64,000 nt of DNA from Perkinsela sp. CCAP 1560/9 (Eukaryota > Protista > Euglenozoa: Kinetoplastea). Both the position numbers and the translations under genes were made by a program. The notes under the pieces were generated by a model. The model searched no databases. It saw only the letters and a program-made list of their open reading frames with translations, and was not told where the DNA came from. The stretch covers positions 1 through 64,000 of the forward strand of contig CBFFSA010000010.1 of the NCBI GenBank assembly GCA_965644495.1. Direction: 5' to 3'. Positions 32,780 through 43,367 of the stretch are shown piece by piece. Each line of letters starts with the position of its first letter. Positions within the stretch are counted from its first letter, which is position 1.

Positions 32780-35700
32780 GAACCTTATCTGTCGCAGGCG
32801 CAATCAGCAGTACCGCCATCGCTATCGTCCCCTCCGGCGACGAAGTCCCCTGCAGCAGATTCCTCGTCGGCCGAAAACGCAATAGAGCTTAGGTTCCCCA
32901 GTCTACTCCCGCTGCCGACCGGAAAAGATGATACAGAAAGAAATTTTCGCATGTCATTCAGTGAGTTGAAAAAGCAGTTGGACGCACGCGCAGAGGAAGA
33001 AAAGAAAACAAAAGAGAAAGCAGCTGAAACGTCACGTAGGCAGTGCGAAGACTCAGTGACCACGGCAATCCCCTCTACCCCTGTACCTTGTTGCCTAAAA
33101 GTTTACGTTATGAAATTAGGCGAGGGCTCTCATTTACGTTAATACCATAAATTGGCCTCCCTTTTCGCCCCGGTGCGCCGCCCTCGCCAACACCCCCATC
33201 GCCACGCGCTTTGCATGGGTCGCCCGGTATCAAGATACCAAGACACTAAACAACTAGGGCATGACACCTCATTCTCCCGGAGGAGGCAAGTCGGGTGTCT
33301 ACATGCTGCGGTTGAGCCTAGGCTCTCGCACTGTAGATTTACTCCCCGCGTGGAGCACCCGCACCGCTACTTACGCGGAAAGTGAGGAGGCCACATCTCT
33401 TCGGAGACAAACGGCCCGGACCCAACAACAACAACAACGGCAATCCCCTCACGCAAACCTCGCATAAAAGTGATCATTGGAAAACAGCGACAAGAAAATC
33501 ACACAACGATAAGCTCAAGTAATGAAGTTCCCCACTCTGAACCATCTTCGCGTCTTCAAACACTCGGTAAGGTTGCTGGAGTGGTCGGAAAGACTGTGGA
33601 ATGGGCTGCTGACACTGCACGGTGTTCCTACAGCCGAGGAGCGTGAGACAAGGGAACGCCAAATTGCAGAAACCGCTCGAGGAAAAGAAAGAAGAACGAT
33701 ATCAAAGTTAGATTGCCTCCCGATCACTACGATAAATACAGAATCTTCAGCGGAACAAACGTTAGGGATGCAGGACGTCAATACCGAGTCTCAGGCAAGC
33801 GTCGTTTGGCCAGGCACTACGACGACTGAGTCGATCACTGCGACGAATGATGAAACTTCAGCCGAACAGCCGACGCAGGACGCAGATGTCGAATGTCAGA
33901 CATACGCCGACTGTTTAACTCCTGAGGACACCCCATTGAGCACGGGAAGGGTTGACGGGTCTACGACACTGCACGAGGTAGTTGACGAAAACAATATCAC
34001 GATGCCGAACTTTGAACTTCCTGCTGAAACAGAGTCTGTCATAGAAGTTGCCAAGGAGGCCGAGATGATAGAGAAGTTGAATAAGTCGATAAACCCAACG
34101 GAGCAGTTTCCACTGGCACCGGATACCATCTGGGATTCATCAAAAACGGCGAAACAAGGGGACTCGTGCTTGATGGCATGGTGCTTCAGCGATTCCTCGC
34201 AGATGAATATATCGAAAGGTGTGGTTAAGTCAGTTAAGAAGCGTTCCGGAATCGGACGGATGTCTCTCCAGTACGAAGGTATAGAAGGGTACAAATGCGG
34301 CGAGCAATTTCGTGGGTTCATTCCTCCAAACTCTAATGTGAGAGTTTATTCAATACAATGGCTAAATCGAAAGGATTCAAAAAGCAGCATTGATGTGGAC
34401 GCTAAAGGAATTCCAAGTAATCAAGGATTTTCTCATACGGAAGCAGACTTGGATTTCGATCCAATGCCAACCATGCGGACTGTCAGTGCAGAGTTTGTGC
34501 CCTGTGTTGTCTCTATCTATCGTGACATAATGCGGGATTACGCAGATTCTTCTTACGACCAACGAAATCAAATCTGGCACAGAACCATGTCGGCAATGAA
34601 ACATTCGTTAGCTACAGTGCGCCATCTCATTGGAAAAAAGCGTCGTCGCCGCCCAATTCAAACTCAGGAGACGAACGCAGGAAACAGTGAAGTGGAGAAA
34701 AAGGCTAAAGATCTGAGAGCAGGCAAAAAAGCGACACGACTGGTTTTGGAAGGAGCGATTAAGAAAGCGACGCGCGTGTTAGATCAAGACATCACCGAAA
34801 CATCATTAGGGGATGAAGAAAAATTGTCTCAATTACAAAAACTACACCCATCTTTACCGATTTCTTTTGAGCTTCCCACCGACGCCCCGAAGGTAGCATG
34901 TATCCCGCCCCATGAACTCCGAGAAGCAGGAAAGAGACTCGCAAAAGGCGCCGCCCCAGGTCCATCCGGTACCACAGAGGCCATCATTCGTCTGCTCTTG
35001 GACGATGAGATCTGTTGCACGAGTCTAAGCCACATGATGTGCGATTTAATTAACGGAATGCTGTCCAAGGATGTAATGCGCAGACTGCGGAGAGCACGCT
35101 TAGTTGCACTCCCTAAAACAGCTCATGCCGTTCGACCGGTGGCAATGGGAGAAATTTTTCTCAAGTTGGCTGGACTAATCCTTCTTCTGCGTAACGAACA
35201 TAAATTTGAAAAGCTTTTCCTGCCGATGCAGCATGGGGTAATGAGTCGCGCTGGCTGCGAGACTATTGTTCACGAACTCAATCGACGATATATGGAAGGG
35301 TGTGCTATCCTCTCGTTGGATATGAAGAACGCTTTTAATAGCCCTTCACGCGGCGAGATTGCAAAAGCAATTTTTGCTTTGAGCGCCCTTCGGCCTTTTC
35401 AGCGACTATTTGTTGCCGAATATGGGACAGCGTCTGAACTCCTCTTTTACGGAAAGAACGGGGAACTGTTTTCAACAGTTGAAAGTTCGGCTGGAGTTCG
35501 CCAAGGGTCGCCGTTGTCGACTCTATACTTCTGCTCCTTTCTTCAGCCAATACTGGAGACAATTGCACAAGAATTTCCCATGCTACATATATACGCTTAT
35601 GTTGATGATATCAATATTGCGTCAACTGAGGAAGATCTTGTTGCAGCTGCCTATGTTCGCCTCAAAGAACTTCTTCTAAGCAAAGAAATCTGCCTTGCCC

Positions 35701-37106
35701 CTCAAAAGTGTGTATGGTTTAGCGGTCTGAACAATATTCGCCTACCCGAAAGTCTAGCGAATGAAGGCGTTCAGATAGCGGAGAAGGCAGTCAAAACATT
35801 AGGAGCCTACGTAGGGGAAGCAGCCCGAGTCAGTGAGCTGCTTCTTGCCAAGCTTGAAAAGCATCTAACGATTTTCGGCGGCTTTGTGACATGGGAGCAA
35901 ACAACGTTTCGCTTCTCCTCCTGTCGCGATGTGTTAATGTACGACATCGATACCATATAAGGGTGCATCGACCGGAAGAAACTTTTGAAATGGCAAAATC
36001 TTTTGACAAGCAAGTGCAAGAAGTTCTTACTGCATGGTTTGGATCGATGACACCAAAGCAAATTGCTTGGGCGCGTCTACCTGTGAAGAGCGGAGGATTG
36101 GGGTTAACGCCCACTGATCTCTTGCGAAAATCGGCGTATGAAGCATCAAGGCACAGTACTCTTGAACGACTTAATTCCTATTCAGTTCGAGCACCCAGTC
36201 TCACGTCTCCATCGCCGGTGGGAAATGAAGGTCAGATAACCCCTCCCCACGATGAATTTGTAACTGAAGCAAAGCTTAACAGAGCCATTAAAGAATCGTT
36301 GAGTAAGGACCCGAAAATTGCACCAGTGCTGAGAGCAGCAAGTGAAAAAGTGAACTCCGCGTGGCTTCATTCTACGGCAAAGTTAGTGCCTTCCAAATTC
36401 TTCACATTAGCTTTGATGCCGTCTTGGTCTAAGCCACCCCCGTATTCCCGAAAGTCTGCAATGCCCAGGATGCCGCACCCTTCTGGATTCTTCATCAGCC
36501 TTTTCGCACATAGCTGGATGCGTCCAGTGTTCCGGAAATAATACAACAATGAAACATAATAATCTGGTGCGTATTATCTATGAACTGTGCATGAAGGCGG
36601 GTGTGCCATGCGAAAGGGAACCTCGACAGTTTACTTCTTATAAATGCTCTACATGCGGGGAATCGTTCCCACAATGGCGAAAAAGTGATCATCAAAAAGT
36701 TTGTAGAAATGCGAGCCTCCATCGGTCAGGACCTGACATTGTAATACATTGGGCAACTGGGGAAATCTTTTATGACCTAACAATAATTCACGAGCTGGCG
36801 CCCACTAATGTACGGAAACGTAGCGGTACCTTGATGAGAGAGGCCATTACGCGCAAGCACAGCACATACGTGGCTTCCGGGATGATACCTCAAGAGCGTT
36901 TCGTATGCCTCCCAGTCCTCTCCGGTGGTGCTATGCATCACGGGCTCCGGCACTTGTTGCATACGTTGGCGGACTGCAGCGGACTTGATAGGGTCCGAAC
37001 ACTGAACGAATTTTCGCTGCGCCTGCAGGAGTTAAATGGGTCGATTGTATTCTCTCAGCTGAGAAATTATTTATCTAATGACGATTCACAAAACATGGGC
37101 CTCTAG
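32780..37106 (+). mobile_element. Near full-length CRE/SLACS-like non-LTR retrotransposon (frameshifted)
   Basis: ORFs 33522-35960 (DMKNAFN, GVRQGSPL, YVDD), 35891-36541 and 36549-37106 (SGPD..FYD RLE). Confidence 0.9.
33076..33436 (+). mobile_element. 361-bp SL-headed SINE-like element with 14-bp TSD
   Basis: TSD acggcaatcccctc at 33062-33075 and 33437-33450; SL remnant ctgtaccttgttg at 33081-33093; hairpin at 33222-33260; (CAA)n tail. Confidence 0.9.
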
Positions 37107-37250
37107 AATTTGACTTTAAAAACAAAAACCTTGGTAACATGTTTACAAATGAGAGAGTAGATACAAAAAAGAAGTGTATATAATATACTGTGAGAATGTT
37201 CATGTATATCATTATTCATTCCGTGTTCAAGTGACTATGATGATGATGAT

Positions 37251-37969
37251 TTGGGCCTTTTGACTCCGAAAAGTTATGGCCCCTCAACTCCCCAAACGGG
37301 CAGTCTGAATACGTCTTGCGACGTATCCGGAGAGACAGCCATAGCAAGCTATGGCTGACCTCCGCTTGGAGAGGAGTTAGTTTTCCAATATTATCCTCCA
37401 ATGAAGGAAGCCAATAATTAACAGCTCCAGGGTAGGAGGGGTTCGCTACTCCCCAGCGTGGTTTAACAAGTTAATCCACTACCCTGCCTAAATTTGAATT
37501 GTTGCGTGGATACTACCCTAGTTTTTTGACGTCTTGTTTTACTGACGCCGGGTAGCTCCACAACATGGGACAGTGAGACAAGGAAGGGGCCGGTGAGAGG
37601 GAGCGGGGCGGGGAGCGCAGTAAATAGCGCAGCGGAGGGAGAGAGCGATGTGGAGAACGGGAAGAGCGGCGGGAACGGCGGCGGGAAGGGTGGCGGGAAG
37701 GGCGGCGGGAAGGACGGCGGGATGCGCGGCGAGGAACCTGGCGGGGAGCGCGGCTGGGAGCGCGGCAGGCAAAGGGGTCATAATGGGGGGCGTCGAGGAG
37801 GGCAACCGGAAGGGCGACCCGGAGGACGGTGCGGGAGGGCGATTTCTTCTTTCGTCCAGGAGGGGTCTCCCCGCGGCGGGGAGAGCGGCGGGGGGGACAA
37901 TGGAAATAGCAGTGGGGGGGGACAAATCAACAAGGTACAGAACCCAACAAGGTACAGAAAACAACAAGG
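37251..37969 (-). mobile_element. SL-headed structured non-coding element
   Basis: In order on the minus strand: stacked SL relics 37969-37928, C-rich repeats, hairpin 37562-37506, junction motif 37488-37421, 130-bp module 37380-37251. Confidence 0.75.
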
Positions 37970-38253
37970 GGCGCAGTATTATTCCCTTCAATAGACCCAA
38001 TGACGGCCACAGGCAGCTTATGGGAAGAACCCTATGAAATAAACAAACCGGAAATTTTGGCGGTCGAGCGCGCCTTACATACGTTTGAGGCAAGTGACTA
38101 TACAGGGGGGTAAAACAGTAAGAGAGATCGATCTGAAGATTTTTGACGGGTGTGTTGAAGTAATTTATTTTATTTATTATAAAATGGATCTTGGGAATTT
38201 TTTTTTTTACATTTTAACAGGGTAATTCATCTTTACAAGGGCATAAAATCCGC

Positions 38254-38580
38254 TACCTTGTTGGTCCCTTGTCGACTTTTCTGCCCCACCCACCAGCCCA
38301 TCTGGTACCTTGTTCTTGTTTTGATTCTGTACCTTGTTGCTTGTTGTTGACTTTTGTTAAGACCTATCTACCCCATGTACCCCTTCCCCCCTTCACCCCC
38401 CTTTCACCGCGCCTTTCGCAGACTGCCGGCCGTGCTCCCCACCGCCCTCCCCGCCGTGTTCCCCGCCGTGCGCCCCGCCGTTCAGCCCGCCGTGCGCCCC
38501 GTCGTGCTCCCCGCAGTGCGCCCCGCCGTTCTCCCCGTCGTGCGCCCCGGCGTGCACCCTGACGCCGTACCCCCTTTGCC
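38254..38580 (+). mobile_element. 5' part of another SL-headed element
   Basis: SL relics at 38254-38263, 38305-38314 and 38325-38339, then (ccccgccgtg)-type repeats. Confidence 0.6.
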
Positions 38581-38630
38581 CGTATACCCCCTTTTTGTTT
38601 AATACCCCCTTTTTGTTTAATACCCCCTTT

Positions 38631-39847
38631 GGGTACGAGGACACTTCCGTGAGTACTCATCGAAACGCCCACGTGTCAAAACGAAAATCATCGAAACGAA
38701 AGAAACTCATCGAAGGTGATTTTAATTACTTTTGAGGTGGTAGCTGCATTTTCGACTCGGGAGCAAACTCAGCACAACCTGGACATACACGAACTGACGG
38801 AAGCAAAGTACGTGCAGCAGCTTCGGCCCCAACCAAGGGGCTAAAAATAAGTCTGTCATCCCAGGCACCAGGAGTTCGTAATTCCTCTGGAGTGCGAGGT
38901 AACTCTTCTTCTTCCTCTTGTTCTTGAGTGCGACGCATTTCGCTGTCTACGAAACGCACAAAACTATTCAAAAGAGCTTCGCGTGCACATGATGTATTGG
39001 GCCTTTTGACTCCGAAAAGTTATGGCCCCTCAACTCCCCAAACGGGCAGTCCGAATACGTCTTGCGACGTATCCGGAGAGCCAGCCATAGCAAGCTACGG
39101 TTGACCTCCGCTTGGAGAGGAGTTAGGTTACAGCTAGGGAGGTGAGGTGCGCTATACCCCTGCGCCTTAGGTAATGCAAATAAGGCGCCCCTTGACCAAA
39201 AAAAACCACTCTATCTTTTGAGGGTGGATAAAAAAAACACAAACACATTCCAAAGATTAGCCCGAATGGCACCCACCCTAGTTTCTTAGTACCTTGTTAT
39301 ATTCGGTACCGGGCGGTGCCACCCATTCTACGTTGCCAGAATGACATCCACCCTAATTATTTAGTGCCTCGTTTTACTGGCACCGGGTAGTGTCATCCAG
39401 GTCTCGAAGTATAGGAAAACAAATACGCAATCCTGCGGAAGTGCCAGACATAGGTTCTCAGTGCGCGACCCGCGCGCTGGAGCGCGCGGGTCGCCAAAAA
39501 ATATAATTCTGTCCCAGGGCTACGCTCACAGTTGGGCCTTGCTCGCAAACGGGGGCTTTTGCCTCCAGAAGTGGGCTTCGCTCAAAGTTGGGCCTTGCCT
39601 CCAGACACGTAAACTAGGTGTCGTAGTATAGGAAAACAAATACACAAACCTGCGGAAGTGGCAGACACAGATTCTCAGTGTCGCCGCTTTCTTATTTTCA
39701 TGTTCTCGATTTTTTTCTTTCCAAAGCAATTAAAATCACCTTCGATGAGAAGATTGACGTTTCGATGAGTCACCCTGTGACACGTAGGCACTTCGATGAG
39801 AAATCATCGAAGTGTCTCAAAAACTCACGGAAGTGCCCGTGGAGCGC
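38631..39847. mobile_element. ~1.2-kb element with imperfect long TIRs inside the 18-bp satellite
   Basis: ctcatcgaaggtgattttaatt (ends 38728) is inverted at 39729; cacttccgtgagt also inverted; satellite on both sides in the same orientation. Confidence 0.6.
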
Positions 39848-39994
39848 CCCCTTTTTGTTTAATACCCCCTTTTTGTTTAATACCCCCATTTTGTTTAATA
39901 CCCCCTTTTTGTTTAATACCCCCTTTTTGTTTAATACCCCCTTTTTATTAGTATACGATTTGAAATTTAGACGACTTTTATTATACGTGATGAG

Positions 39995-40225
39995 TGGTGG
40001 CCCTTCGGGGCACATAGTATGATTACTATGATCTTAATAATAAATTATCGGAGGGAATGTTTTATTTGATCTAGTTATTATTGAATTTTCTAGTTTGATC
40101 GGATTATATCAAATATTATTTCTTGTGTTATAGAGACATTCAATTTCAAACAGTTACAAAATCGTTCCCACCCACCAACCCCCAGCCATTTCGCGGGTTG
40201 GTGGGCAATGCCCATTCGTAAGTTA
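39995..40225 (+). repeat. YR-element terminal junction segment
   Basis: tggcccttcggggcacata...cccacccaccaacccccagccatttcgcgg.ttggtgg parallels 31919-32153. Confidence 0.7.
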
Positions 40226-40410
40226 CTTGAATTTGGAATAAGGATTATACTATAGTATGAAAGACGAATATGAGGGAAGGCGTATTAAGGAATAAGGGAT
40301 TTAGAGTAAGTGTATTTTGTGAATGTTGATTTTATTCAAGTTTCATGTGTTATTTACCTAATTTATTGATTCTATGTCGGGAAGGGAAAAGACGACGTGA
40401 ATTTCTGTAT

Positions 40411-41280
40411 AATGCCCCCTTTTTGTTTAATACCCCCTTTTTGTTTAATACCCCCTTTTTGTTTAATACCCCCTTTTTGTTTAATACCCCCTTTTTGTTT
40501 AATACCCCCTTTTTGTTTAATACCCCCTTTTTGTTTAATACCCCCCTTTTTTTTAATACCCCCCTTTTCTTTAATACCCCCTTTTTGTTTAATATCCCCT
40601 TTTTGTTTAATACCCCGTTTTTGTTTAATACCCCCTTTTTGTTTAATACCCCCTTTTTGTTTAATACCCCCTTTTTGTTTAATACCCCCCTTTTTGTTTA
40701 ATACCCCCTTTTTGTTTAATACCCCCTTTTTGTTTATACCCCCTTTTTGTTTATACCCCCTTTTTGTTTAATACCCCCTTTTTGTTTAATACCCCCTTTT
40801 TGTTTAATACCCCCTTTTTGTTTAATACCCCCTTTTTGTTTAATACCCCCTTTTTGTTTAATACCCCCTTTTTGTTTAATACCCCCCTTTTTTTTAATAC
40901 CCCGCTTTTCTTTAATACCCCCTTTTTTTTAATACCCCCTTTTTGTTTAATACCCCCTTTTTGTTTAATACCCCCTTTTTGTTTAATACCCCCTTTTTGT
41001 TTAATACCCCCTTTTGTTTATATCCCCTTTTTGTTTAATACCCCCTTTTTGTTTAATACCCCCTTTTTGTTTAATACCCCCTTTTTGTTTAATACCCCCT
41101 TTTTGTTTAATACCCCCTTTTTGTTTAATACCCCCTTTTTGTTTAATACCCCCTTTTTGTTTAATACCCCCTTTTTGATTAATACCCCCTTTTTGATTAA
41201 TACCCCCTTTTTGATTAATACACCCTTTTTGTTTAATACCCCCTTTTCGTTTAATACCTCCTTTTGTTTAATACCCCCTT
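40411..41280. repeat. 18-bp minisatellite (AATACCCCCTTTTTGTTT)n
   Basis: Direct inspection; shorter arrays at 38583-38630 and 39848-39945. Confidence 0.95.
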
Positions 41281-41629
41281 TCCCCTCCCCATCTCCCGGA
41301 GAAGCGAAGGGACTAGATCCTTTTTTCTAGGCAAGACCCTTCGTTTCTCCACGCTAGGAGCGCTCCTGGACTAACAATCCGGAGCAGTGGAGTTTTTAGC
41401 GAGTGAGCTACCAGAGTCTCTGACGCAATCCGAGATTCAACGAAACTCTGGTATGCAAGTCTCGCACTACCCTGTAATGGGGTGTCTCCCCTGAGGTGCG
41501 TGGGTGGAAACACCCGTTCATTTGCCACTGGAAGGTGGCCAGCTCACTCGACCAAGAAAAGCCTGCCGGTTGGACACCGGGTGGCGGTCGAGGCGGTTGA
41601 GGCAAAGATTTTCTCCATGTAGGAAAAAA

Positions 41630-42740
41630 AAACCCCGACGCCGTTCCCCCCGTGCTCCCTGCTGCCCTCCCCGCTGTCCAACCGCCTCACTCCCACCTCG
41701 CTCCCCGCCTTGATCTCCGCCGCGCCCATGGTGTGGATCTACCCGGCGTCAACACAACAAGACGTCAAGAAACTAGGCTAGTATCCACAAAAAATTTAAG
41801 GCAGGGTCGTGGATTAACTTGTTAAACCAAGCTGGGGAGTAGCGAACCCCTCCTACCCTGGAGCTGTAATCATTGGCTTCCTTTTATAGGAGGATAAGTC
41901 GGATGTGTGCCTTCTATGGTTGAGGTACTCTCATGTCGGCACAGATGCTTCGAGCATCGGCATCCGCACTAGGGAGCCATATCTCCTCGGAGACAAACTG
42001 CTCTGTGAACCAACCAACCAACCGCTTTTTGTTAAACACCCCCTTTTTGTTGTACCTGTACCTTGTTCCCTCACTCCCTGCTTCGCTCTCTGCCGAGCTC
42101 CCCGCCCCATGTACCCCTTCACCCCCGTTCGCCGTGCCCTTCGCCGTCTTTCCGCCGTGCTCCCCGCCGTGCCCCCCGCCGCGCTCTCCCACCGCTCTCC
42201 CGCCGCTCTCCCGCCACTCTCCCGCCGCGCTCCCGCCGCGCTCCCGCCGCTCTCCCACCGCTCTCCCGCCGCGCTCCCGCCGCTCTCCCGCCGCTCTCCC
42301 GCCGCTCTCCCGCCACTCTCCCGCCGCGCTCCCGCCGCTCTCCCGCCGCTCTCCCGCTGCTCTCCCGCCGCTCTCCCGCCGCGCTCCTGCCGCGCTCCCG
42401 CCGCGCTGCCCGCCTCACTCTCCGCTTCGCTCTCCGCCGCGCTCCCCACCTCTTTCTCCATCGCCATAGTGTGGACCTACACGGCGTCAACACAACAAGA
42501 CGTCAAGAAACTAGGGTGGCATCCGCACAAAAAAATTAAGGCAGGGTCGTGGATTAACTTGTTAAACCACGCTGGGGAGTAGCGAACCCCTCCTACCCTG
42601 GAGCTGTAATTATTGGCTTATAGGGGGATAAGTCAGATGTGTGCCTTCTATGGTTGAGGTACTCTCATGTCGGCACAGATGCTTCGAGCATCGGCATCCG
42701 CACAGCGCACCTAGGCTGAAACTAGGGAGCCATATCTCTC
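41630..42740 (+). mobile_element. Two tandem copies of the structured non-coding element
   Basis: Hairpin + junction motif at 41733-41867 and 42469-42607; SL relic at 42056-42067; (ccgccgctctc)n between. Confidence 0.75.
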
Positions 42741-43367
42741 TGTCCCAACCCAACCCAACCCAACCCACCAGCCCATAAACATACCCCCTCTATGCCCCCC
42801 TTCACCCCAGAGGAAACTCCCTTGTTTCCCCCACCGTGCACCAGCTCCTGATAAGATAAGATATCCCGTTTGGCCGACTAGGGCTATGGGATCGTAGCAG
42901 GAATCTCCGTTACAGAGATACCTCTACGTCGGCCTGAGTGTCTTTTTAAGTGGGGCTGAGCATCCTCTCCGTTTCCGGAAGAGTACAGGCGTCAGAATCT
43001 CACCACCGAGGACTCATCAAGGGACGTTGAGTGAGGACGCACTCGTTCACTAGAGATCCCGGTGGGACGACCAGTGCCCTGAACGGGCCTAGTTATTTAG
43101 CGCTTTGTTTTGCTAGCGCCGGCCTTAGCTCGGGAGGCTGGGATCGCTAAGTCCCATCGTCCGGTGTTAATCGGACGCCCCGACCTTATAATCAATAGAT
43201 ATGCCCATCATCACATTGTCCGATACATGTACTTAAGCGTCGTAACTTACAGACGCTTCCGGCTCTACAGTAGCTAAATAAAACGACGCCGTTGATTCGG
43301 AAGACCATAGTGATGAGGGTGAAGAGTAGTGTGATGCTTCTGGCTCACCTGGAACTGATTTTGGCCA

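Noticed and set aside
1-37200. Mosaic as an assembly or amplification artefact
   Set aside because: Several junctions have TSDs and host ORFs are restored on removal; TSD-less junctions remain unverified
40345-41330. FNTPFL/CLIPPF ORFs; telomeric repeat
   Set aside because: 18-bp satellite; not the TTAGGG telomere unit
41905-42582. Ala/Pro/Arg-rich ORFs (also 37539-38093 and 38269-38672)
   Set aside because: Stop-free GC-rich low-complexity tracts of non-coding elements
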